Positions 1 to 8,214 of a stretch of DNA of 32,000 nt are shown piece after piece. The notes below the pieces were generated by a model. That model made no database searches, had not been told where the DNA came from, and saw only the letters and a list, made by a program, of their open reading frames with translations. Position 1 is the stretch's first letter; each line of letters starts with the position of its first letter. A program made the translations under genes and the position numbers. The stretch comes from Pseudoalteromonas tetraodonis. GTDB taxonomy: Bacteria; Pseudomonadota; Gammaproteobacteria; Enterobacterales; Alteromonadaceae. The stretch lies in NCBI RefSeq assembly GCF_002310835.1, contig NZ_CP011041.1:60001-92000 (forward strand), given 5' to 3'.

Positions 1-363
1 GTGCATTTTGCCCGTAGGTTGGTTAAAAATAAAGCGATAAAAATTGCTGGTGAAGTATTAGTTTTTTTAATCTGAAAGTGTTTTTTTGATTTGCTATTTA
101 ATGGCATTTTTTTTGATTTTGTATATTTATTCATTATAGTCGTGTGCTATATCACTTTTATACGGGGTTTTTTCAGTTTTTTTAATTTTAATATGTTTAT
201 AAATAGATTGTTTTGAATACTTATTCAGATTAAATTATTTTGTATTAATGGGGTGGGTTTTACTTCGTTAAAAGATTTAACATGCTATTTATAGGTGGTT
301 AATTATTTATCAGAGAAGAGCATTAAAGAAACGATAAAAAAGAGTGTTGCTAGGCTTTTAAAT

Positions 364-397
364 TATAAAAAAAGTGCCTAGGTTACTAGGCACTTTG
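364..397 (-). terminator. Rho-independent terminator with no CDS upstream of it (orphan)
   Basis: Perfect 9-bp stem agtgcctag (373-381) / ctaggcact (386-394) with loop gtta. The A-run at 365-372 gives a T8 tail on the minus strand. It lies about 330 nt beyond the DUF2884 gene, which has its own hairpin. Confidence 0.6.
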
Positions 398-653
398 GAG
401 TTAGTTGCGTTTTAAAACGCGTCTAACTGGGGATCGCACCGCCTCAAGAATTTAAAACTTAAAAAGAGGTGGTTTTAATATGTTGCAATTTGGGCTTACA
501 ATCATCAGCTCGGACGGCATTCTAAGTGATCTAGAGCGAAGTGAAGATTATACTTTGGTTTGTATTTTACTATGAAGCCACAAAATGCCTCTGCACGGCA
601 AGAGCAGATCCGCTCAACAGTCTATTATTTGAGTTAAATGGGACTGGTGGGGG

Positions 654-697
654 TAAAAACGCAAAATGCGGCATAGCTTAAAAGCAAATGCCGCAAA
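654..697 (-). terminator. Terminator of the DUF2884 gene
   Basis: Stem gcggcat (668-674) / atgccgc (688-694). On the minus strand it is followed by a T-rich tract (attttgcgttttta). It sits about 30 nt downstream of the stop at 724. Confidence 0.55.
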
Positions 698-723
698 GGG
701 AGATTAATTAAAATGCTGAGTAG

Positions 724-1518
724 TTAGTGCTGTTTTATAGTAAATAACTCATAGCCTTTTAATGCAGGCACTTGCGCAGCAAGTTGAGTTTCTTGTTGTG
801 CGATTTCAACAAAGTCACCACACAGTGTATTTGCACGCTGTTCAAGTTTTTTTGCATGGAGCTCTACTTTTTCTTCTATTTGTGCGCCCATATTTTCCAT
901 GCGCTCTTCAAAGGCTTGCATGTCGCCACCTGAACCCATTAGCTCAGAGCCTAATGCTACTAAAATACTGCCCATTGATTGCATTACGGCCGACTCAACG
1001 GCAGTTTCTATTTGTTGTTCAAACTGCTGTTCAAAGTTTTCACCAAACTGAGTGAAGCTTTGCTGGCCCATGACAAATGTACCTTGTTGGTAAAAGGTAC
1101 CCTCTACTTCTTGTTGAATATCGTCCATTAAGGTAGCAATGTTATCGAGGCCATCAATATTAAATGCATTGGCGACTTCTTCTAATGCAACGCCCGCAAT
1201 TTTAACGCCATCAAGTGCAATGTTGGCTACTTCAGGTAATTGCGCACGTAAATTATCTGTGTAGTTGGTCAGTGCTTGGCGCTGAGCGCTATTTAATGCT
1301 ACTTGCTCGCCATTGATCGACAACTCACCTTGAGTGGTAAAAGTCATACGTTGATTGTTGGCTTTAAAAATTTCTAATTCACTTGGCTTTATACGTACAT
1401 CGTTTTTAAACTCAACTTTACATTCGTCGTTACTAAATGAAATTGAAGAGCTGTTATCGTTATGAGCCATGGCGACGGGGGCGCACATAATTGCGCTAAC
1501 TAATAATAATTCTTTCAT
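724..1518 (-). CDS. DUF2884 (YggN-like) family secreted protein
   Basis: ORF 724..1680 trimmed to the internal ATG at 1516-1518, which gives a classic Sec signal peptide MKELLLVSAIMCAPVAMA. The Q/E-rich helical body and the conserved Cys-containing ends (NDECKVEF ... LCGDF ... LKGYELFT) resemble the YggN/DUF2884 family as I recall it. Confidence 0.7.
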   Translation of the reverse strand: MKELLLVSAIMCAPVAMAHNDNSSSISFSNDECKVEFKNDVRIKPSELEIFKANNQRMTFTTQGELSINGEQVALNSAQRQALTNYTDNLRAQLPEVANIALDGVKIAGVALEEVANAFNIDGLDNIATLMDDIQQEVEGTFYQQGTFVMGQQSFTQFGENFEQQFEQQIETAVESAVMQSMGSILVALGSELMGSGGDMQAFEERMENMGAQIEEKVELHAKKLEQRANTLCGDFVEIAQQETQLAAQVPALKGYELFTIKQH

Positions 1519-1893
1519 GTTTATTCTCTGTTTTTTGCTGATGATAATTAACTTATAACAAGTTTGGTGCCAATAGTTTTTAGTGTTTAAAAACAGTGGT
1601 TTGTGATTTTTAAGGTGCTTTGAAGTTGAAAGTAAAGTCATTGAAAAAGCTAAAATTTGGTCAAAATAACCAATAATCAAATGCTAATAAATAAAATTTA
1701 TCGATACGATAAAAAACTCTCACTTTCCACAATTCAAATTTAGCGCTATTTATTCACAATACTGACACAGAGACTATTTAGGATAGCGATGTGGCTTTAT
1801 TTTGACGTAAATTTGTACAATGAATTTGCGTTGAACATTTTAATTTCACCAATTATCGCGATACAAGAATCCGTAATTGGTCTCAAACACTTT

Positions 1894-2091
1894 ATGGAGT
1901 GGGTTGTGGGTAAGACATTTAGTTACGATGCGCTAGATGATGATTTTGTTGAAGACGAATACGAAATGGTCGGGCGTAATCAACACGACAAGAAAAAGCA
2001 AAAGGTGAAAAGAAAGTTAGAGGATTACCTTGAGCAAAAACGCTTGCGTAAAAACCTAGGTGAAGATGACTTAAACGATTATATTGATTAG
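1894..2091 (+). CDS. Small acidic/basic-tail protein, resembles the PA3496-type putative envelope integrity protein family
   Basis: ORF 1789..2091. The N-terminal 35 codons look non-coding. There is an ATG at 1894 and an in-frame GTG at 1906, the latter preceded by GGAG (1896-1899). An acidic block DDDFVEDEYE is followed by KKKQKVKRKLEDYLEQKRLRKNLGEDD, the pattern of that small-protein family (from memory). A hairpin terminator follows at 2175-2200. Confidence 0.45.
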   Translation: MEWVVGKTFSYDALDDDFVEDEYEMVGRNQHDKKKQKVKRKLEDYLEQKRLRKNLGEDDLNDYID

Positions 2092-2174
2092 GTTGTCGCT
2101 AGTACAAATCAGTGCCGACATATTAGCTTTTAACTGCTACTTAGGTAGTATTTAAAGCACTGTGTGTTGGTAAT

Positions 2175-2200
2175 AAAGAGGCTTTATGCCTCTTTATAAT
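2175..2200. terminator. Bidirectional hairpin terminator between convergent genes
   Basis: Stem agaggc (2177-2182) / gcctct (2188-2193), flanked by A-rich sequence on the 5' side and T-rich sequence on the 3' side. It lies between the 2091 (+) and 2210 (-) stops. Confidence 0.55.
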
Positions 2201-2209
2201 TTTTAAGCC

Positions 2210-2701
2210 TCAAACTTTAGCTGCGAGCAATGCTTTTTCAATTACTTTTTCTAGTTTTTCAGGTTTAGTAAAGGGCGCATAGCGCTTAATCGGTGAGCCA
2301 TCTGCATTAATCAAAAATTTTGTGAAGTTCCACTTAATTTTTCGTGTTAACAACCCCGGTAATACAGATTTTAAATAGCGAAAAACCGGATGTGTATGCT
2401 GACCATTAACGTTCACTTTTTCTGCGATTAAAAAACTAACTCCGTAATTGATTAAACAACCTTGCGCTATTTGATTCGCGTCTCCGGGTTCTTGCTGGCC
2501 AAATTGGTTACACGGGAAACCTATAATGACTAAACCTTGGCAGGCATACTTTTCGTGTAATGCTTGCAATGACTCATATTGATAGGTGAATCCACACTCA
2601 CTTGCGGTATTTACTATTAACACAACTTTACCTACAAACTCTTTAAAATCGATAGGTTGGCCTTGCAGGCTAGTAGCACTTAGTTGATGAAATGGGTGCA
2701 T
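2210..2701 (-). CDS. Glutathione peroxidase (BtuE/Gpx family, Cys-type)
   Basis: 163 aa. Has the NTASECGFT active-site Cys motif, FPCNQFGQQEPG and KWNFTKFLI, the three canonical GPx blocks. Confidence 0.92.
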   Translation of the reverse strand: MHPFHQLSATSLQGQPIDFKEFVGKVVLIVNTASECGFTYQYESLQALHEKYACQGLVIIGFPCNQFGQQEPGDANQIAQGCLINYGVSFLIAEKVNVNGQHTHPVFRYLKSVLPGLLTRKIKWNFTKFLINADGSPIKRYAPFTKPEKLEKVIEKALLAAKV

Positions 2702-2794
2702 ATTATTAAGCTATTATTTGTTTATTTGGCATAGTCTAACCTTTGCTTGGTGATTAACAAAGTCGAAATAGTGAACACTGCTATGGCGTTACTG

Positions 2795-3094
2795 TTAATT
2801 TAAAATCAAAAATAACCCCATACTAGCAAGTGTGGTTAGGTAAATATTATGTGTTTTGTAAGCAACTATAATGGCTACAATCGCTGCGCTTAAATAAGGA
2901 TTTTGCCAATTTAGATTAATGCCACCATCATTTATAAATACAATCGGCACCCAAATAGCGGTGAGTACAGCGGGTGCACTGAAGCTCAAAAACTGCTGCA
3001 TTTTAGGCCCTACTTTAAATGGTAGCGCGCGGTGTAAGAATAAATAACGGGTAAAAAAGGTAATACATGCCATAAGTAAAATAGTCGTCATCAT
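2795..3094 (-). CDS. azlD: AzlD family branched-chain amino acid transport protein
   Basis: 99-aa hydrophobic protein. Its ATG overlaps the stop of the upstream AzlC-like gene (ATGA at 3091-3094), the typical azlCD arrangement. Confidence 0.8.
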   Translation of the reverse strand: MMTTILLMACITFFTRYLFLHRALPFKVGPKMQQFLSFSAPAVLTAIWVPIVFINDGGINLNWQNPYLSAAIVAIIVAYKTHNIYLTTLASMGLFLILN

Positions 3095-3795
3095 GATTTA
3101 GCGTCCTTATTTTTTACTATTCTAGTTACAGCGTAACCTGCACTCATTGCTAATAGTGCTGAGCATACCAACCACAGCTCAAAGCCTGTGCTTTTTAATA
3201 AAGTGGCACAGATCCCTGCAACAATGACCGTGACAAGAGTAGCTAAATTTTTAACTCCTGGGATAACCAAAGCAATAAAGGTTGCAGCAATCGCAAAGTC
3301 GAGTCCTAAGTTGGTGAGATCAGGGAGCATAGTGCCGGCTACAATACCGATAAGTGTCCAAATATTCCAAGCAATGTAAAAGCTAAAGCCTGCGCTGAGC
3401 GCGTAAATTAGGCGCGTTTGAGTCTGGTAGGCGCGAGGGTGATGCGAAAAAGCAAATAGTTCATCAGTTAAGACAAAGCTGACTGGAAGGCGCCAACGCA
3501 TGGGTTGCTCAATCACTTTGTGACGAACCGCCAAGCCATATAAAAAATGGCGAGAGCTAATAATAAACGTGGTAAATAAAATGGTTAATAGAGGGGTATT
3601 ACCAGCAATGAGCTCAATTGCAACCAGCTGCGCCGAGCCTGCAAATACCAGTAGCGACATGGCTTGAGTTTCAAAAGGGGTAAAGCCATTTTGTATTGCC
3701 AACGAGCCACATAAAATCCCCCAAGGAATAACGGCTAAACATAATGGCAGCATATCTAAAAAGCCTTTTAGTATCGGTTTTTTAATGGACTTCAT
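3091..3795 (-). CDS. azlC: AzlC family ABC-type/branched-chain amino acid permease component
   Basis: Polytopic membrane protein. The N-terminus KGFLDMLPLCLAVIPWGILCGSLA and the FAGSAQL motif are typical of AzlC. The ORF track starts at GTG 3813; I prefer ATG 3795 (MKSIKK...). Confidence 0.8.
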   Translation of the reverse strand: MKSIKKPILKGFLDMLPLCLAVIPWGILCGSLAIQNGFTPFETQAMSLLVFAGSAQLVAIELIAGNTPLLTILFTTFIISSRHFLYGLAVRHKVIEQPMRWRLPVSFVLTDELFAFSHHPRAYQTQTRLIYALSAGFSFYIAWNIWTLIGIVAGTMLPDLTNLGLDFAIAATFIALVIPGVKNLATLVTVIVAGICATLLKSTGFELWLVCSALLAMSAGYAVTRIVKNKDAKS

Positions 3796-3900
3796 GTGTT
3801 TTACTCTGCGCACTGGTAGAAAGACTCATTAGGATACCTTAATATTAAGATGCTAAAATAGTTAGCGTTTTAGATGATACTGTTTTTTAGGGAAGGTGCA

Positions 3901-4557
3901 ATGTTCAAGGTAAAAGTGTGGGATGGCTTTTTAAGAAGCTTTCATTGGTTATTAGTATTGAGTATTGCTGCGCTTTATTTTAGTGCTGAAGAGGGCATGA
4001 TAGAGCTACATTTTGTGATTGGCTTTTTTACTTTAGCGCTTATCTCAACGCGGATTATATGGGGTCTTATAGGCAGTAAAACGGCAAGAATATCGGCATT
4101 ACTGCATTCTCCTAAGTCGGTGCTTGCTTCTTTTAGAGGCAAAAAAATAAATGATGTGGGCCATTCTGCACCAGGCAGTTATATGGTGTTATTATTTTTT
4201 ATCCTGATTATTACGCAGCTGGTTAGTGGTTTAATGAGCAGTGATGGTATTTTAACTGATGGTCCGTTAGCGCAGTATGTATCGAGTGATACGATTGATT
4301 TTGCCAACTGGCTGCATCATATCAATTTTGATATTTTATTTTATGCGATTATTTTGCATGTTGTGGCTATTATTGCTTACAAAATTAAAGGCAAGCCTTT
4401 AGTAAAAGCAATGATCACCGGCAATAAAGCACTGCCAACACAAAGCTCAGAGCCTGAGACAAAGTCACCATGGATTGCATGGTTTTTATTGTTACTATTA
4501 CTGATTTTATTAATGAGTACTTGGGGAAGTGAGCCTTTAAGTTATCTGCTTAGTTAA
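3901..4557 (+). CDS. Cytochrome b561 / Ni-hydrogenase-type b cytochrome family membrane protein
   Basis: ORF 3874..4557 trimmed to ATG 3901, which is preceded by GGAAGG. It has four or more TM helices with conserved His (FHWLLV, HFVIG, HHINF..LHVVA), as in the PF01292-type family. Confidence 0.75.
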   Translation: MFKVKVWDGFLRSFHWLLVLSIAALYFSAEEGMIELHFVIGFFTLALISTRIIWGLIGSKTARISALLHSPKSVLASFRGKKINDVGHSAPGSYMVLLFFILIITQLVSGLMSSDGILTDGPLAQYVSSDTIDFANWLHHINFDILFYAIILHVVAIIAYKIKGKPLVKAMITGNKALPTQSSEPETKSPWIAWFLLLLLLILLMSTWGSEPLSYLLS

Positions 4558-4590
4558 AAAAATGGCGCTAATACAGCGCCATTTTTATTG
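4555..4590. terminator. Bidirectional terminator shared by cytochrome b and cytochrome c' genes
   Basis: aaaaaa-aatggcgct-aataca-agcgccatt-tttta: a 9-bp stem with an A-run upstream and a T-run downstream. Confidence 0.8.
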
Positions 4591-4608
4591 TTTAATACAC
4601 AGAATTTA

Positions 4609-5061
4609 TTAGTCTTTGAATTGCTTATGGCAATCTTTACAGCCTTTAGCCCATGCACCAAATGCTTTACCAATGACCGCTTTGTCACCTGTTTGAGCTG
4701 CTACAGCAAGTTCATCAGCATATTGCTGAAACGCTGTCGCTTTTTTCATAAAAGTATCGTTTTCAGACCATACCGCAGGAAGTGCTGATGTATCGCCTTT
4801 TTCAGTGCCTGCGTAAAAGGCCTCCCAAGGCATTTTAGATAATGCCGCTGCGTTATTTGCACGCTGCTTAAATTGCTCTGCATCAAAAGGAATTTTACCC
4901 TTCAGCATGGCACCCATATCGCCTATTTGAACTGAAATCATAGAAAATGCAGCTTGGCGATACTCAATGGCATCACTCGGCTCTTTAAATGCAGAATTTG
5001 CAGATACACTAAGTGCGCATGTAGATAGTAATGCCCCGATAAATACTTGCTTCAATTTCAC
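4609..5061 (-). CDS. Cytochrome c' (class II c-type cytochrome)
   Basis: 150 aa. Has the signal peptide MKLKQVFIGALLSTCALSVSANS, a four-helix-bundle-like sequence, and a single CKDCH heme motif a few residues from the C-terminus, the hallmark of class II cytochromes c. Confidence 0.88.
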   Translation of the reverse strand: MKLKQVFIGALLSTCALSVSANSAFKEPSDAIEYRQAAFSMISVQIGDMGAMLKGKIPFDAEQFKQRANNAAALSKMPWEAFYAGTEKGDTSALPAVWSENDTFMKKATAFQQYADELAVAAQTGDKAVIGKAFGAWAKGCKDCHKQFKD

Positions 5062-5282
5062 TTTACTCTACTCCTTTGAGGGTTCTTTAATTATCTTTGT
5101 ATATTAGCTTAGGCTTTAGTTCAAGGGAAAGCATAGATTATTACTTTGATATTATTAACGGGATTTTAATCGGGCTGATATTATTTTACGGTTTATTGTG
5201 AATGTTTGTAAATGCAGTGTTGCTGCTTGTTGTTTGATTGTGTACATTCAGATGTCATAAAAATAACCAATGAAGAGCATTT

Positions 5283-7616
5283 ATGAAAAATAATATTTTT
5301 AAGCTGTCAGCGTTGTCTGCAGCGATAGTAATTTCGCTATCAGGGTGTGGTGGAAGCGATAATGATAATAACAATACAGTTCCAGTTGTTACTGATGTAG
5401 CACCAAAAGCGAGTGATGTTGTCGTTACTGATTTAAAACAATGGGTTCCAGTTACTGCAGACTTTAAAGCAAGTGATAATGATGGTGACGCACTTACTTT
5501 TAGTTTTACTGAAAATGGCGAGGCAATTACCGCGCAAGATGGTGTCTTTAAGTTTAGCCATGGTATGTTAACAGTAGAGGGTACTTCGTTTACATATGTG
5601 CCTGTTTCTGGTGAAGATGCGGTTATTGATTACACAGTAACTGCAAACGGTAAAACGGCCTCTGCGAAAATTAATATCTCAGGAATTATTGGAGATCCTC
5701 TTGCAAATCAGCAGTGGCACCTAAACAATACAGGTCAGAAAGCTTACTCGCTTAGTGATGAGATGAAACAAGGCTTAATTGATTTGTACGTTAGTTTATT
5801 TGGCGATACAGAAGAAGAAGCACAAGCCGATGTCAACGCTAGCTTTGCTCAATCAGAAGCGACAGAGCTTGTAGCTGGTGAAGATATGAATGTTGTTGAT
5901 GCTTATGCTCAAGGTGTTACTGGGGCAGGTGCAACGGCAGTTGTGATCGATTCGGGTATGGAAATCCGCCATGAAGATTTAATCGATAATGTATTACCAA
6001 ACCGCTCTTTAAACCTAAATGCTGATGCGACTGACCGTACAGATCCTACTAGTATGTCAAACAGTGGTGATCATGGTACAAGTGTTGCTGGTTTGATTGC
6101 TGCAAAAGGTTGGAATGGTAAAGGTGGCCGTGGCGTTGCTCCTGATGCTGGTTTAATTGGTATGAATTATCTTGGTGGTGCTAAAATCCCACAAACTGAG
6201 TTAATGGTGCATGGTTTCCCTGGAAGCGGCATTAGCACAACAGAAAATATTTCTGCGTTTAACCGTAGTTATGGCATAACTTTCCCAACATTTATTGCAT
6301 ATTCAGAATTAGATGAAGCTATTGAGTCATACCCAAACCTAAACCTGCGAGATGGTAAGGGTGCACTTAATATGAAATCGAGTGGTAACTCTTTTGTTGA
6401 TGGCGGTGATGAAGGCTCACTATGTGAAGATAATGGAGCTAATGACTTAGGTTTAACGTGTTATAACGGTGCGTTTGAGCCAAGCCAAGGCCATCCTTAC
6501 TATCTAAGTGTTGCTGCTGTAAATGCAAATGGTAAGCACACTAGCTACTCAACAGCAGGTGCTAACTTAATGGTTTCAGCGCCAGCTGGTGAATATGGTC
6601 GTTGGGCACCTGCAATGGTAACAACGGATCAGATGACATGTATCAACGGTTACTCAGGCTTTAATAGTGGTGCTGTTGCAAGCTTTACTCAGAGATATGG
6701 AGAAGAGTTTGCCATAAGCCAGTTCCCATTTAACTATCCTGGTAATGAAGATAACGCAAGTTGTAACTATACATCTACATTTAACGGTACATCGTCTGCT
6801 GCGCCAAATGCATCAGGTGTAGTATCACTTATTCTTTCGGCTAATCCTGAACTAACTTGGCGTGATGTGCGTCATATATTAGCGTCAACAAGTACATTAA
6901 TTGACGCTGAAAATGCCCCTGTAAAATTAACTACCGCAGATGGTGAGTTTGTTGCACATGATGGTTGGGTTGAAAATGCCGCTGGTTATAGCTTTAATAA
7001 CTTATATGGCTTTGGGCGTGTAGATGCAGGTGCAGCGGTTGCAATGGCTAAGTCTTATGACGCTTCATTAGGTGAGCAAGTAATCACGGATTGGAATGGT
7101 GTTGGTTCAGCCGTTTCTGAGAGTGCACTAGCATTAGAAATTCCTGATAACAGTGCTACAGGTTTAACGCAAGAAATTGTAGTTACAGAAGAATTAAACA
7201 TTGAGGCAATGCAATTTAAATTTGATGTAAGCAACCCTGAAATGGGCTTCGGCCTAGCTGATGGTACTCAAACATCTGCTGGTAATGATTTAGCTATTGA
7301 GGTTACTTCGCCAGCGGGTACTCGAAGTGTATTACTTTCATCTAAACAAGCTTTGTTTTACCCTGCATATAGCTTCACGAATAGCTGGAGTGTAGGTTAT
7401 GTACTTAAAGACGCTGTGATGCTTTCAAATGCTTTCTACGGAGAGTCTACGAAAGGTACTTGGACTGTTCGTTTGTTAGATACAAGCGCAGACAGCTTTG
7501 CATTTAGTCGAGGCTCAAATAATTCTCTAGGTGTTACTGGTATTAGTAATAATAACTCAGCAAGTGTACTTGAAGGTGTATCTCTTCGTGCATTTGGTCA
7601 CGCAGGTCAAGAGTAA
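5283..7616 (+). CDS. Kexin-like S8 serine peptidase, lipoprotein, with N-terminal Ig/cadherin-like domain and C-terminal P (proprotein convertase) domain
   Basis: Lipobox LSLSGC. Kexin/furin-type start of the catalytic domain, DPLANQQWHL. Catalytic triad motifs VVIDSG (Asp), GDHGTSVAG (His) and FNGTSSAAPNASG (Ser). The C-terminal roughly 170 aa (EIPDNSATG...DLAIEVTSPAGT...GTWTVRLLD) match the P-domain pattern. Confidence 0.9.
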   Translation: MKNNIFKLSALSAAIVISLSGCGGSDNDNNNTVPVVTDVAPKASDVVVTDLKQWVPVTADFKASDNDGDALTFSFTENGEAITAQDGVFKFSHGMLTVEGTSFTYVPVSGEDAVIDYTVTANGKTASAKINISGIIGDPLANQQWHLNNTGQKAYSLSDEMKQGLIDLYVSLFGDTEEEAQADVNASFAQSEATELVAGEDMNVVDAYAQGVTGAGATAVVIDSGMEIRHEDLIDNVLPNRSLNLNADATDRTDPTSMSNSGDHGTSVAGLIAAKGWNGKGGRGVAPDAGLIGMNYLGGAKIPQTELMVHGFPGSGISTTENISAFNRSYGITFPTFIAYSELDEAIESYPNLNLRDGKGALNMKSSGNSFVDGGDEGSLCEDNGANDLGLTCYNGAFEPSQGHPYYLSVAAVNANGKHTSYSTAGANLMVSAPAGEYGRWAPAMVTTDQMTCINGYSGFNSGAVASFTQRYGEEFAISQFPFNYPGNEDNASCNYTSTFNGTSSAAPNASGVVSLILSANPELTWRDVRHILASTSTLIDAENAPVKLTTADGEFVAHDGWVENAAGYSFNNLYGFGRVDAGAAVAMAKSYDASLGEQVITDWNGVGSAVSESALALEIPDNSATGLTQEIVVTEELNIEAMQFKFDVSNPEMGFGLADGTQTSAGNDLAIEVTSPAGTRSVLLSSKQALFYPAYSFTNSWSVGYVLKDAVMLSNAFYGESTKGTWTVRLLDTSADSFAFSRGSNNSLGVTGISNNNSASVLEGVSLRAFGHAGQE

Positions 7617-7627
7617 GGATTATAAAG

Positions 7628-8161
7628 ATGAAAATTAAACAATTAATCGTATTGGGTGCTGCTGCGTGTATTTCGTTTGGGGCAACAGCAAACACTAGCT
7701 CAGATAAAGAGCTTCAGCTTCCTAAGAAACAAGTAGCTAAATTAAAGTTTGATAAAGCGGATTTTGGTTCTTACAAAATTGAAAAGAACTTACGTTTAGT
7801 GCCTTCGAGTGTTGCTTCAGAAGAGCATGTCGTTATGCAAAAAGGTGAGATGACAGTAGTAAGCGTAGATAAATCGTCTGATGTGGTCACAAAAGGAACA
7901 TTAGTTCGTAATATTTTTACTAATAACCTAACGTCACTATCAGGTAATATTACTATTCTTTTAAAAGATGGTATGAGTGCAAGCGATGTTGCTTCGGCTG
8001 CAGGTTTGAAGGTCGTATCTTTATTCCCAGGCACTAAAATTGCTGTTTTAGCTGTAAATGATGGTCAAGATATTTTAGTTGCATCAAAGCAGCTAAAAGA
8101 ATCTGGTTTGATTAAAGAAGCTAAAATAGAAGTGTTAGAAACTATTTACACTGCACAGTAA
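7628..8161 (+). CDS. Secreted hypothetical protein, candidate external chaperone/partner of the upstream S8 protease
   Basis: 177 aa with signal peptide MKIKQLIVLGAAACISFGATA. It starts 11 nt after the protease stop, preceded by AAGGA. I recognise no catalytic motif. The terminator comes only after this gene, so it forms an operon with 5283..7616. Confidence 0.7.
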   Translation: MKIKQLIVLGAAACISFGATANTSSDKELQLPKKQVAKLKFDKADFGSYKIEKNLRLVPSSVASEEHVVMQKGEMTVVSVDKSSDVVTKGTLVRNIFTNNLTSLSGNITILLKDGMSASDVASAAGLKVVSLFPGTKIAVLAVNDGQDILVASKQLKESGLIKEAKIEVLETIYTAQ

Positions 8162-8177
8162 TCTGTTTTAAATAAGT

Positions 8178-8214
8178 AAAACCCCGAGTAGCACGATTGA
8201 CTCGGGGTTTTTTA
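8178..8214. terminator. Bidirectional terminator
   Basis: aaaaccccgag (8178-8188) / ctcggggtttt (8201-8211) with a T-run. It lies between convergent stops at 8161 (+) and 8215 (-). Confidence 0.85.

Noticed and set aside
1-75. An open frame from the window edge to TGA at 73-75 (VHFARRLVKNKAIKIAGEVLVFLI*), which could be the 3' end of an upstream plus-strand gene.
   Set aside because: Only 24 codons are visible, the sequence is unremarkable, and no clear terminator follows. It cannot be supported from this window alone.
480-530. A 16-codon ORF (MLQFGLTIISSDGILS) with a good SD in the long non-coding region, and a 21-codon ORF at 572-637.
   Set aside because: They are too short to judge, have no downstream gene to regulate on that strand, and have no recognisable peptide family. 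I keep them only as a note under the sRNA-locus finding.
762-1055. Antisense ORFs inside annotated genes: 762..1055 (+), 3188..3379 (+), 7771..8034 (-), 12344..12634 (+), 13926..14466 (+), 23653..24033 (-, 126 aa), 25002..25383 (-), 26501..26716 (+), 27634..27891 (+) and others in the track.
   Set aside because: Each lies entirely opposite a gene with strong family motifs. Their translations are low-complexity or Cys/Leu/Ser/Arg-rich with no recognisable motif and no SD. They are typical shadow ORFs.
1700-1740. A DnaA-box-like 9-mer (ctttccaca) in the 1681-1893 divergent region.
   Set aside because: It is a single imperfect box with no cluster, no AT-rich 13-mers arranged as in an origin, and no replication genes nearby.
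3838-3849. A perfect 12-bp palindrome CTTAATATTAAG in the azlC / cytochrome b divergent promoter region.
   Set aside because: AT-only palindromes of this length are expected by chance in very AT-rich intergenic DNA. No matching regulator gene is present (no AzlB/Lrp-type gene is nearby).
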